64,000 nt of DNA from positions 2,368,001-2,432,000 of the forward strand of contig OY776510.1 of assembly GCA_963675665.1 (NCBI GenBank). The letters are read 5' to 3'. Source of the stretch: Spirochaetia bacterium (lineage in GTDB: Bacteria > Spirochaetota > Spirochaetia > UBA9216). The notes below the pieces were generated by a model. The model did no database searches and was not told the DNA's origin. It saw nothing but the letters and a program-made list of their open reading frames with translations. Below, one piece after another: positions 10,099 to 18,790 of this stretch (positions are counted from its first letter, which is position 1; every line of letters begins with the position of its first letter). A program made the translations under genes and the position numbers.

Positions 10099-10759
10099 AC
10101 TTCTTCTCTTTATAACGGCGTCTATTCTTATACACATAGGGATTTTCTCCGTCATAAAAATCAATCCCGGTTCGCAGGTTGAGGCGGAACCGATCCGTTA
10201 TACGGTAAATATGCGATCGATTAAAACTGAACCAATTGCCGTGAAATCTGAGCCTGAAGCGCCGCCGGATACACCTCGGCCGGAATCCCCCCCTGCCGAT
10301 CCTGTTATACAGGAAGCGGAAGTTCCGCCTGTAGAGGCTCCAGCGGAGGTTTCGGCACAGGCTCCTGCGCAGATTCAGACACCGTCCGTGAAATCCGTTT
10401 CTGAGGAAAGTCAGGCTGAAGCGGAAGCGGTGCCTGTTGTTGCGGAACAGGAAACTGTTGTGTCCCGGAACGACTCCGGTGTTATAAATTTTGAAGAACT
10501 TGATATTACAGGGGCAAAAATACCGAAACCCTCATACCCTGATATAGCGCGCCGCTGGGGACATGAGGGTACTGTGCTGATGGAGATAACCATTTCGGAA
10601 AACGGCGCTGTTTCCGATGCCGTAATCATTGAATCCAGCGGATACGCCGAGCTTGATAAAGCAGCACTGAAGGCTGTATTGAAAAAATGGAAATTTCCCG
10701 GGCAGGGAAGAGAAATTGTTACCCGGAAGGAGTTTGAGTTCAGGCTCAACAGGGATTAA
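10052..10759 (+). CDS. tonB: Energy transducer TonB (start uncertain; overlaps the previous gene)
   Basis: TM anchor 'ASILIH', Pro/Glu-rich linker, C-terminal 'PSYPDIARRWGHEGTV...SSGYAELDKAALKAVLKKWKF'. Confidence 0.92.
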   Translation: MKVQMGRSLYIYTKNKLLLFITASILIHIGIFSVIKINPGSQVEAEPIRYTVNMRSIKTEPIAVKSEPEAPPDTPRPESPPADPVIQEAEVPPVEAPAEVSAQAPAQIQTPSVKSVSEESQAEAEAVPVVAEQETVVSRNDSGVINFEELDITGAKIPKPSYPDIARRWGHEGTVLMEITISENGAVSDAVIIESSGYAELDKAALKAVLKKWKFPGQGREIVTRKEFEFRLNRD

Positions 10760-10764
10760 TTTTT

Positions 10765-11733
10765 ATGAACGGGATCAAGCTGCAGGGAGTCTTTTTAATT
10801 TTGATATTTTTCTTTCACGGGTGCAGCGGGTATCAGAACCCTTCTACGGAAAGCGGCTTAACTCTTAATGCAACAGGGGCAGCCGATACGGATAATTCCG
10901 GGGATGATGACTGCAGCTGTGCAGAACTGACCCCGAAGTATGATCCGGAGCAGGACCCCAATAATGTTTATCTTGACATGTGCGTAGAAAGCGAATGGTT
11001 TCCGGGGATGGTGGGAGCTGAAAGGGCCGGCTGGCATGACGGCGGGGTAGCTGACGCCGATTGTGTTCCTGTTCAGAACAACGGGGCATTGGGTCCTCCC
11101 GGAGGGCTCGGAGCATATTCAAGCAGCGGAACATATACCTGTGTTGGAATAAACGGAAGTGCTGTCTGGCGTTTTAATGAAGATTATTATATCCATGACG
11201 GAGAAGGGGCTGATTTTGTCACATTCAGTTCCGTCTTTGCCTGGGGTTCTGTCTGTGACGGTCTCTGCTGCGAACTCTCCCATATCGAAGTATCCGAAGA
11301 TCTGGTTGAGTGGTATTACAACAGCGAAGAAGAATACGATGTTAACCCTGAACCTGATACCGACAACAGCGGGTACAGTTATTTCAATGTTAAAAATATG
11401 CATGGAAACAATCCTGTCTGGGCCAACAGTGAACTTAATGTTCAGGCCCAGGATATCGAAGAAATCAACGGGGTAAAAAAATGGGTGGACATTCCGGACG
11501 TATGTGTTTCCAGGTATTTCAAGCCCGGAGATCCGTATCTTGGAGGCGTCGAATTTGATCTTTCCGTGTTCAGATCAAAAGATGATGATTCACCCTGGCC
11601 TGCAGAAGGCCGGATGCGGTATTTAAGAATTATTGATGATTCGGAAATACTGGACGGACAGGATTATCTTAAAGACTGGTGCCTCGGGGCTAACATGATG
11701 TCGGCTATGGCCCTGAACTTTGCTCCACGATAA
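10765..11733 (+). CDS. Cys-rich acidic lipoprotein, jelly-roll-like; distant relative of the BtuH-type domain
   Basis: FHGC lipobox; 'DGEGADFVTF', 'IEVSEDLVEWY', 'GGVEFDLS', 'RYLRIID' echo motifs of the BtuH-like gene; last gene of the riboswitch operon. Confidence 0.55.
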   Translation: MNGIKLQGVFLILIFFFHGCSGYQNPSTESGLTLNATGAADTDNSGDDDCSCAELTPKYDPEQDPNNVYLDMCVESEWFPGMVGAERAGWHDGGVADADCVPVQNNGALGPPGGLGAYSSSGTYTCVGINGSAVWRFNEDYYIHDGEGADFVTFSSVFAWGSVCDGLCCELSHIEVSEDLVEWYYNSEEEYDVNPEPDTDNSGYSYFNVKNMHGNNPVWANSELNVQAQDIEEINGVKKWVDIPDVCVSRYFKPGDPYLGGVEFDLSVFRSKDDDSPWPAEGRMRYLRIIDDSEILDGQDYLKDWCLGANMMSAMALNFAPR

Positions 11734-12121
11734 AAGAAATGGTTGTGATGCCGGTCTTTCTGACAAGATCGGTTATTTCAATAACTGTTCCGAAGGACAG
11801 GTTTTTATCGCTCTGGATAAAAACCTCTTTAACTGCCTGCTGTTCCTTTATGCTGTTCAGTTCGGCGATTATTTCATCCTTCCTTAAAACCTTGTCGTTT
11901 AAAAGGATGGTTCCGTCCTTTTTAAGTGTAACTGTAAGTTCAACTTCAGGCTTATTGTCGCCGGTTTCAGCTTCAGGAAGATTAACTGTAATCGCGGGAA
12001 GCATCACTACCGAGGTCAGCAGGAAAAAGACCAGAAGGATAAAAACCATATCTATCATCGGGGTAAGATCAACGCTGTTCCGGCTGCCGGTGAGATCCTC
12101 TTCCTGGGAAAACCTGATCAT
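11705..12121 (-). CDS. exbD: ExbD/TolR biopolymer transport protein
   Basis: 'VDLTPMIDMVFILLVFFLLTS...ITVNLP'. Confidence 0.95.
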   Translation of the reverse strand: MIRFSQEEDLTGSRNSVDLTPMIDMVFILLVFFLLTSVVMLPAITVNLPEAETGDNKPEVELTVTLKKDGTILLNDKVLRKDEIIAELNSIKEQQAVKEVFIQSDKNLSFGTVIEITDLVRKTGITTISFIVEQSSGP

Positions 12122-12723
12122 TTTTTCTCCTTCAGAATTGAAATGATTGACTCTGCATGGTCTTTCATTTCAAACGAAATCGATTTGATTTTGTTCTCGT
12201 ACAGGTGAAAAAAGATTATTGCCGGAATAGCTATGAAGAGTCCCGTAACGGTTGTAATCAGGGCTTCCCATATTCCGCCCGCAAGTTGCGACGGGTCCGC
12301 GGCGGTTTTTAATGAAGCTACTGTCTGAAAGGTTCCGGCAAGACCCAGAACTGTGCCCGAAAGCCCGACCATCGGGGATATTTTGCCTATTAGTTCCAGA
12401 AGGTGAAGATTTCCGGTAAGCATCTTCAGTTCCCTGGACCCGGCATGAGAAACAAGGGCTTCCAGTTCTTCTCTTGCCAGGTCCTGGTTTTTCAGGATTG
12501 TTTTTGCGATTTCAGGTACGGGCCCTTTCTGCATCCGGTATTCTTTCAGGGCGGAATCCGAACCGCTGCTTTTAAGAACGTTAAGAAGACTATCAAGTCT
12601 GGTTTCCGTAACCGATGATCTTCCGAGATAAACGCCGCGCTCAATTATTACTGCGATTGACAATACCGAGAAGAACAGCAGGGGGAACATCAGCGGTCCC
12701 CCTTTTAAAAACATTTCAACCAT
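12118..12723 (-). CDS. exbB: ExbB/MotA/TolQ proton channel
   Basis: 'SPMVGLSGTVLG', 'LAGGIWEALITTVTGLFIAIPA'. Confidence 0.95.
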   Translation of the reverse strand: MVEMFLKGGPLMFPLLFFSVLSIAVIIERGVYLGRSSVTETRLDSLLNVLKSSGSDSALKEYRMQKGPVPEIAKTILKNQDLAREELEALVSHAGSRELKMLTGNLHLLELIGKISPMVGLSGTVLGLAGTFQTVASLKTAADPSQLAGGIWEALITTVTGLFIAIPAIIFFHLYENKIKSISFEMKDHAESIISILKEKK

Positions 12724-12766
12724 ATAATTTTATAATATCATACCGAAAATCAGTCAACCGCCGGGT

Positions 12767-13747
12767 CTATTTCTTTACGATTTCAACTCTCCGGTTTTTA
12801 GCCGCGCCTTCGGCAGTATCATTTGAAGCAAGTGGACAGAGCGCTCCGACTCCGTGGGCTTCAAGCTGATCAGCGTCCACGCCGTATGAGTCGACAAGTC
12901 GCTTAATAACTGCTTGCGCTCTCTGTTTCGAAAGCTCAAGCCCCTCTTCAAAATCGCCAATTCCGGCAGCGTGCCCGACAATGAAGTATTTTTTATCGGG
13001 ATTATCATTGAAGAAATCGGCGATATTGGCAATGGCTGCTTCAGATTCGGTTTTTATGGTTGCTTTGTCCCCGTCAAAACGTATGTCGTATATAGCAATA
13101 TGGCCCGAGGCCGAAATATCGTCGGCAATACTTGCCGCGGAAACCAGCCCCGTTTCTACTGCCTCAACTTCAATAATATCCTGCGTAATAAGAGTATAGT
13201 TTTCTGTTTCAATCGCGTAGATTACTGCGTAGATATCTTTTCCGCTGTCATGACCTCTGGCGGCGATAAAACAGTGATTGTTCTGCCATGTGGGAAAACC
13301 GATTCCAAGGCCGAATTTCGAATTATTAAGCCCGTTATAGTATCCGCCTGCGTCATAATACTTTGCATGCCATGTATGAGGTCTGTCGGCAAAACCCAGC
13401 TCTTCGTCAGCCAGGGCAATCAATACCTCAAATCCGGCATTTTTAAATGCTGATTTATAATTATGAAGAACAAATGCTGAATTGTTGTCGGGAGAGGCCG
13501 TATACTGTGTTCGGATAACCCGGCCCTCAAGCGACATCGGGTTGTTCCAGTCTATGGTGCCGTTTTTTCCTACGGGCAGCAGGTACTTGTTCCATTTGGT
13601 TTCCTTGTAGAACTCGATAACAGATCCTTCAAATCTTGAGAGCAGCGGATAATCCTTTCCGCCCTCGATATCTTCAGTGCGTTGAGCATAAATCGGGGTC
13701 AGGAGTATAATTGCCACTGAAATTGATAATAAAACGATTTTTTTCAT
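12767..13747 (-). CDS. OmpA-family peptidoglycan-binding protein with DUF4892-like N-terminus
   Basis: 'DIEGGKDYPLLSRFEGSVI' N-terminus; OmpA_C 'IRFDGDKATIK...LSKQRAQAV...AKNRRVEIV'. Confidence 0.85.
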   Translation of the reverse strand: MKKIVLLSISVAIILLTPIYAQRTEDIEGGKDYPLLSRFEGSVIEFYKETKWNKYLLPVGKNGTIDWNNPMSLEGRVIRTQYTASPDNNSAFVLHNYKSAFKNAGFEVLIALADEELGFADRPHTWHAKYYDAGGYYNGLNNSKFGLGIGFPTWQNNHCFIAARGHDSGKDIYAVIYAIETENYTLITQDIIEVEAVETGLVSAASIADDISASGHIAIYDIRFDGDKATIKTESEAAIANIADFFNDNPDKKYFIVGHAAGIGDFEEGLELSKQRAQAVIKRLVDSYGVDADQLEAHGVGALCPLASNDTAEGAAKNRRVEIVKK

Positions 13748-13909
13748 AATAATTTCTCCTATAAAATTGCTCTTCTCTGATTATACCAGAGTTTGTCAGG
13801 TTTTTCATGTTTATGCGGGACGGTAAAATATTGTGTTTATCCGAATTAACTCTTGACTTGTGAAATGATTTTAAATATATTAAAAACGATATATAGGAGA
13901 AATCTCTTT

Positions 13910-14992
13910 ATGAAAAATGAAAAGCAGAAAGGGTTCAGTCTGGAATCATTTGTTCCGTCCTGGCCTTCTTTGGTTATGGGAACAGGAATAATTCCCGTAG
14001 CCCTATCTTTGGGAAGCATAAAAATATTATTTTTCATACCGCTGGCCGCGGCTTTCTCATTACTTAGTGCAGTGTTCCTGATTGTAATTACGGTTTTATG
14101 GCTGATGCGGCTTACAAGATATAGAAAGAAATTCATTCAGGAGCTGCATCATCCTGTTTCCGGGAGCTTCATTCCGACGATGCCCATCTCGTTCATGATA
14201 ATCGGAATCAATTTTACCGTTATTGCTCCGCGTTATATCGGACTTCAGGCATCATTAATAACGGCTCAGGTGCTTTTCCTGGCAGGAACAGCAGGGATAT
14301 ACCTGTTAAGCTGGCTCATTATGCCTGCTCTTTTCCGGAACAGTAATGTCCAGGAGATACACGGTACATTCGGATGGTATATCCCTCCGGTTTCACACCT
14401 GATTGTACCGGTTTTGGGTCTGGAACTGATAAGCAAGCTTAACGGCGGGGGGCTAAGCGATTTCTACATGACAATATCACTGGTCAGCTCCGGAATTGGG
14501 TTCTTTCTTTTTCTGTTCATCGGCTCAAATGTCTTTTACAGATATCTTTATAAATCTTCACCCGTCGGGAAAATGGCGCCGACGCTTTTTATCGGTCTGG
14601 CACCGACCAGTATTTTGCTTATTATTCTCGTAAAACTAAATGCAGCACTTAAAGTCCTTCCTGATTTTAGCGGCTCCGCAGAGTTGAGCGGATTAATCAG
14701 AATCGCAGGTTTATCATTATGGGGTTTTTCCTTATGGTGGATTGTTCTTTCGGTGATCAAGATCATTGGAGCGCTGAAAAGAAAAGAGCTCGGGTTTGTT
14801 CTCAGCTGGTGGGCCTTTACATTTCCTGCAGGCGCTTTCGCGGTTGCCACCGGCGCATTGAATCACTTCATGCACAGGGACTGGCTTGCTTATTTCCAGA
14901 TCGGGGTGACGGTATTTCTGATTTTAATCTGGATATACGTGATTGTGAAGACTATTTCAGGTATTTCGGACAGAACTATATTTGACGAATAA
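13910..14992 (+). CDS. TDT/SLAC1 (tellurite/dicarboxylate) family anion channel
   Basis: 'PSWPSLVMGTG', 'WYIPPV', 'SWWAFTFP'; ~10 TM helices; SD AGGAGA before ATG 13910. Confidence 0.9.
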   Translation: MKNEKQKGFSLESFVPSWPSLVMGTGIIPVALSLGSIKILFFIPLAAAFSLLSAVFLIVITVLWLMRLTRYRKKFIQELHHPVSGSFIPTMPISFMIIGINFTVIAPRYIGLQASLITAQVLFLAGTAGIYLLSWLIMPALFRNSNVQEIHGTFGWYIPPVSHLIVPVLGLELISKLNGGGLSDFYMTISLVSSGIGFFLFLFIGSNVFYRYLYKSSPVGKMAPTLFIGLAPTSILLIILVKLNAALKVLPDFSGSAELSGLIRIAGLSLWGFSLWWIVLSVIKIIGALKRKELGFVLSWWAFTFPAGAFAVATGALNHFMHRDWLAYFQIGVTVFLILIWIYVIVKTISGISDRTIFDE

Positions 14993-14998
14993 ACATGA

Positions 14999-15751
14999 TT
15001 AAAGAATTAACGGTATTATCGCTTTCCTTTTAACGGGATAGTCGGGAAAGGTTTGCCGGTACCATTTCAGATTGGAGTAAGCGCGGGGTATCAGGTTTGC
15101 CGCGGTAAAACACATAAATGCAGCCCCGGCGGGTGACCATGTCATGACAGCCCATCCTGTCCATTCAAGGAGTTCTCCCAGGTAATGCGGGCTGCATACA
15201 TACCTGAAAAGTCCCTGTTCCGGTATTTTATAACCGGATTCTCCGGGAACTCTCAGATTTCTGAGAATGTGATCTGATCGCATGTTAATAAAGAAGCCGC
15301 CAGTGAAAATTGCAGCCCCCGATATAAACCGTAACGAGATAATTGCCGGCGTGCCGTAATCATGAAGACTGAATATTCCGAATCCGTTGATAAAACCGTT
15401 TAACAGGTTGAAGACGGTCGAAAACAGAATAATCAGAATCGGCATTTTATGTGAGCCCCTGTTCATCAGGGCGGGGTAGATGAATGTCCGCTGGATATAG
15501 TGAACTTCCCAGATTATGATGAATATGATACTCAGCATATTCGTCGGCTGTCCGGAGAATATGAAAAATGCCGCCGGCAGGGCTACCGCGGGCAGCTCCA
15601 TGAAAAACCAGGCTAACGGAGCTCTGACGGCAGGGCCCCAGCCTGATTTCGCAAATTTACCGTACGGAGCCCGTACGAAAAACAGGAGAATGAAAACAGG
15701 CGCGGCAATAAGGAGCTCAACAGAAAGAAAGATTCTGTAAAAAGTATTCAT
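14999..15751 (-). CDS. Steroid 5-alpha-reductase-like (3-oxo-5-alpha-steroid 4-dehydrogenase family) membrane reductase
   Basis: 'APYGK', 'AWFFMELP', 'HYIQRTFIYP', 'SDHILRNLR..GESGYKIP.GLFRYVCSPHYLGELLEW', 'NLIPRA...WYRQTFPDYP..RKAIIP'. Confidence 0.92.
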   Translation of the reverse strand: MNTFYRIFLSVELLIAAPVFILLFFVRAPYGKFAKSGWGPAVRAPLAWFFMELPAVALPAAFFIFSGQPTNMLSIIFIIIWEVHYIQRTFIYPALMNRGSHKMPILIILFSTVFNLLNGFINGFGIFSLHDYGTPAIISLRFISGAAIFTGGFFINMRSDHILRNLRVPGESGYKIPEQGLFRYVCSPHYLGELLEWTGWAVMTWSPAGAAFMCFTAANLIPRAYSNLKWYRQTFPDYPVKRKAIIPLIL

Positions 15752-15754
15752 CGG

Positions 15755-17224
15755 TTATTCTACCCTGCATAACGTGAATGTGAAATCCCTGCCGTCGGCG
15801 GAGATAATAATCTCACTCTGACTGCAGCCGGCACCGGATGCATCTTTCAGCTTTTTGACTGCCTCCGGTATAAGGCCGACGGGTATTTCCTCTTTTGAGA
15901 CAGCAGGCACTATAACTGTTCGGAGAAGTCCCCGCTGAAGTTCCTGTTCAGTAGAATTTACTTCAACTGTCGTGCTTACCCGCTGACTGTAACCTCCCGA
16001 CGGCGAAGCTGTGCGCCTGAAATATTCCTCTCCCCGCCGGCAGCCGTATTCGCCTTCGCGAAGCAGGCAGCCTTTCGGGCAGACAATGCATACCAGGTAA
16101 TTCTCAGCTTCAATCCGTTTAAAAAAATCAGAGTTCAGATCTTTCTTCGGCTGAGGTTCAGCATAGGGTAGCTTACCGGCGGCATTTTCAGCTTTCCGGC
16201 GGAAATCTTCATTTTTTCTGATATATTCAAGCACGAAGTCAGCGGTTCTGATTCCTTCGGCCGCAGCGGAGTCGGCAAGGTCATTAATATGCAGGCAATT
16301 GCCTGCCGCGAAAAGTCCCGGAATATTTGTTTCGTATAGACTGTTTACTTTCGGATGAAAGTTATCCGGAAGTCTGACGCCGGCAGGTTTAACCGATTCA
16401 AGTTCAGGTATTAACCCCACGGCAAAAAGAACAGTGTCGCATTCAAATTCAATTTCGCTTCCGGGGAGTAACTCTCCCCCGGTTCCGACAGCCCGGCTTA
16501 TGACGGAACTGACTCTTCCCCGGCCGCAGATCTCCGTTATCTGCCTTCCAAGGTGAAGTTTTATCCCGAAATGATCCAGGCACTGGACCTTGTTTCTGAT
16601 TAGGCCGCTCAGCCATGGAAGCCTCTCAAGGACCGCAACCACATTAAACCCTTCAATGGTCAGTCTGCGGGCCATGATAAGCCCTATGTCGCCGGAGCCC
16701 TGGATTATTACTCTTTTGCCGGGTGCATAATGTTTCCGGTTGATTAAATTCTGCGCCTGGCCAGCGGTATAGATTCCTGCAGGTCGGCTGCCGGCCACTT
16801 CAATGTTTTCCCGGGTCCTTTCACGGCACCCTGTAGCGGTTATTATAACGCCGGTTTTTATGCTGAGCAGACCTGATTCTTTTGAGCTGATTCTGACGAT
16901 AAAACGGTCGTCCGGCAGTTTTTCGACTTTTCTTACCATTGACGCTCTTAGTACAACCGGAGGCGTCTGTGTTCTGTCGGCCGACTCGGCGATCAGGATT
17001 TCAAGTTCGTTTTTCAGCCGGCAGGCGAATTCCGGACCTGTAAGATCTTCCTTGTACAGCTCAAGCCCGAACCCGGTATGAATACACTGGTTAAGGATTC
17101 CCCCCGTTTCCCGTTCCCGTTCAATCAGAATAAAATCAGTCATTCCTTCCCGGGCAAGCTTGACTGCAGCGGCCAGCCCTGCCGGCCCGGAGCCGATAAT
17201 TACGCACCGGTATTCAGATCTCAT
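15755..17224 (-). CDS. NAD(P)/FAD-dependent oxidoreductase with fused C-terminal DUF1667-like Cys domain
   Basis: GSGPAG, 'GGILNQCIHTGFG', 'ATGCRER', 'GSGDIGLIMARR'; C-terminal 'CIVCPKGC...C.RGEEY...RVSTTV'. Confidence 0.88.
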   Translation of the reverse strand: MRSEYRCVIIGSGPAGLAAAVKLAREGMTDFILIERERETGGILNQCIHTGFGLELYKEDLTGPEFACRLKNELEILIAESADRTQTPPVVLRASMVRKVEKLPDDRFIVRISSKESGLLSIKTGVIITATGCRERTRENIEVAGSRPAGIYTAGQAQNLINRKHYAPGKRVIIQGSGDIGLIMARRLTIEGFNVVAVLERLPWLSGLIRNKVQCLDHFGIKLHLGRQITEICGRGRVSSVISRAVGTGGELLPGSEIEFECDTVLFAVGLIPELESVKPAGVRLPDNFHPKVNSLYETNIPGLFAAGNCLHINDLADSAAAEGIRTADFVLEYIRKNEDFRRKAENAAGKLPYAEPQPKKDLNSDFFKRIEAENYLVCIVCPKGCLLREGEYGCRRGEEYFRRTASPSGGYSQRVSTTVEVNSTEQELQRGLLRTVIVPAVSKEEIPVGLIPEAVKKLKDASGAGCSQSEIIISADGRDFTFTLCRVE

Positions 17225-18681
17225 TTTATCCTCCCGGAAAGCACCGGAGAGCCGGCAGAGCTTTTAACAATCTCTTCTACGCTGACGCCGGTTTCTTCGC
17301 TGATTATGTCTATTATGCGCGGCAGGCAGAAACCGCTCTGGCAGCGTCCCATCATAGCATATGTCCGTTTTTTTATTGCGCCGAGGTTGTGTGCGCCCAG
17401 GGGATTATGAACAGCCTGCAGGATCTCGGCCCTGCTTACCTGTTCACATCGGCAGATTATTTCAAAATAGTCCGGGTTTGTGGCTGCAAGTTTTATAAAG
17501 GCTGCTTCAGAAAGTTTTGCCGTGCGTATGATTCCTTTCCTCTGAGGGTTAAACGAAGGATTTAAATGCAGATCTGTTCGTGAACCTATCAGTTCTTCAA
17601 GAACATATTTGGCAATGGCCGGGGCGCTTGTAAGGCCCGGAGATTCTATGCCCAAAAGGTTTATCATACCGGGAAAAGTATCAGATTCTTCCATTATAAA
17701 GTCGGCAAAACTGAGGCCGCTGTTTTTTGCAAAAAGTTTGGGCCGCATGCCTGAATAATTTTTTATGAAAATATGGTCCCTGAGTTCCGGCATCAGTTCA
17801 ACAGCTTCTTTCTTCAAAAGGGCCATGATCTCGGCTGTATTTGATAGATCACTTCCGTCGTCAATATAATCCGCGGACGGACCGATCAGAATGTTCCCGT
17901 TGCAGGTAGGGGTAAGGTGTACACCCAGGCCGCTTCCGTCCGCAGGGGGAACAGGATATATCGGCATTTTTAGAAAGCTTCCATCTTCCTTGTCAGTGAT
18001 ATAGTACTCTCCGCGGCAGGGATAAATCGTTATTGAATGCGGTTCTATCAGAGATTTAATACCAGCCGCCTGCATTCCGGCGCTGTTAACAAGGAATCTG
18101 CAGCTGAAAATTCTGCCCTCCGACGCGGTCACTCTGAAGCCACCGGAAGGAAGGGGTTCAATCCGACTGACATCAGTATTCAGAAAGAATTCAACCCCGT
18201 TTTCCGCCGCGTTTTCTGCCAGAGCGATATTGAATTGAAAAGGGGTAATTATGCCGGTAGATTCGGACAGCAGCGCCCACTCGGCTTCAACTCCCGGTTC
18301 GTATTCGCGGATTTTTTCCTTTCCGATAATGGACAGACCGCTGCAGCCGTTCTTCTGCCCCTGTTCAAGAAGGCGTTTAAGGTAGGGGAGATCTTTATCA
18401 GATTTGCCGACTACGAGTTTTCCGCATATTTCATAATCGACATCAAGTTCTTCGGCAATACCGGGACACATTTTAAGACCCTGAACGTTAAACCGGGCCT
18501 TAAGCGAGCCCGGACGGACGTTGAAACCGGCATGAAGCACCCCGCTGTTGGCCTTGCTGATGCCTTCGGCTACGTCGGGTTCTTTTTCAAGAAGCGCGAT
18601 TTTAAGTTTATACTTCGAGGCTTCACGTGCAATTGCGCACCCGACAACGCCTCCGCCGATTATTAACAGATCATATTTCAT
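17221..18681 (-). CDS. GlpA/L-2-hydroxyglutarate-oxidase-like FAD dehydrogenase with BFD-like [2Fe-2S] domain
   Basis: GGGVVG, 'SKANSGVLHAG', 'GIESPGLTSAPAIA', 'ICRCEQV...MGRCQSGFC'. Confidence 0.9.
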   Translation of the reverse strand: MKYDLLIIGGGVVGCAIAREASKYKLKIALLEKEPDVAEGISKANSGVLHAGFNVRPGSLKARFNVQGLKMCPGIAEELDVDYEICGKLVVGKSDKDLPYLKRLLEQGQKNGCSGLSIIGKEKIREYEPGVEAEWALLSESTGIITPFQFNIALAENAAENGVEFFLNTDVSRIEPLPSGGFRVTASEGRIFSCRFLVNSAGMQAAGIKSLIEPHSITIYPCRGEYYITDKEDGSFLKMPIYPVPPADGSGLGVHLTPTCNGNILIGPSADYIDDGSDLSNTAEIMALLKKEAVELMPELRDHIFIKNYSGMRPKLFAKNSGLSFADFIMEESDTFPGMINLLGIESPGLTSAPAIAKYVLEELIGSRTDLHLNPSFNPQRKGIIRTAKLSEAAFIKLAATNPDYFEIICRCEQVSRAEILQAVHNPLGAHNLGAIKKRTYAMMGRCQSGFCLPRIIDIISEETGVSVEEIVKSSAGSPVLSGRIK

Positions 18682-18790
18682 GGCTTTGTGAACAATAATA
18701 TCGAATAAGGCGTCTGCTGTAAATAATAGTCTTTCGGCTTGTTTTCAAGTCAGCGCATGTACTAAAATAAAGAAAAGAGAGGAGGTCAGG

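Noticed and set aside
10240-10460. Pro/Glu/Ala-rich low-complexity stretch as a repeat element
   Set aside because: Normal periplasm-spanning linker of TonB.
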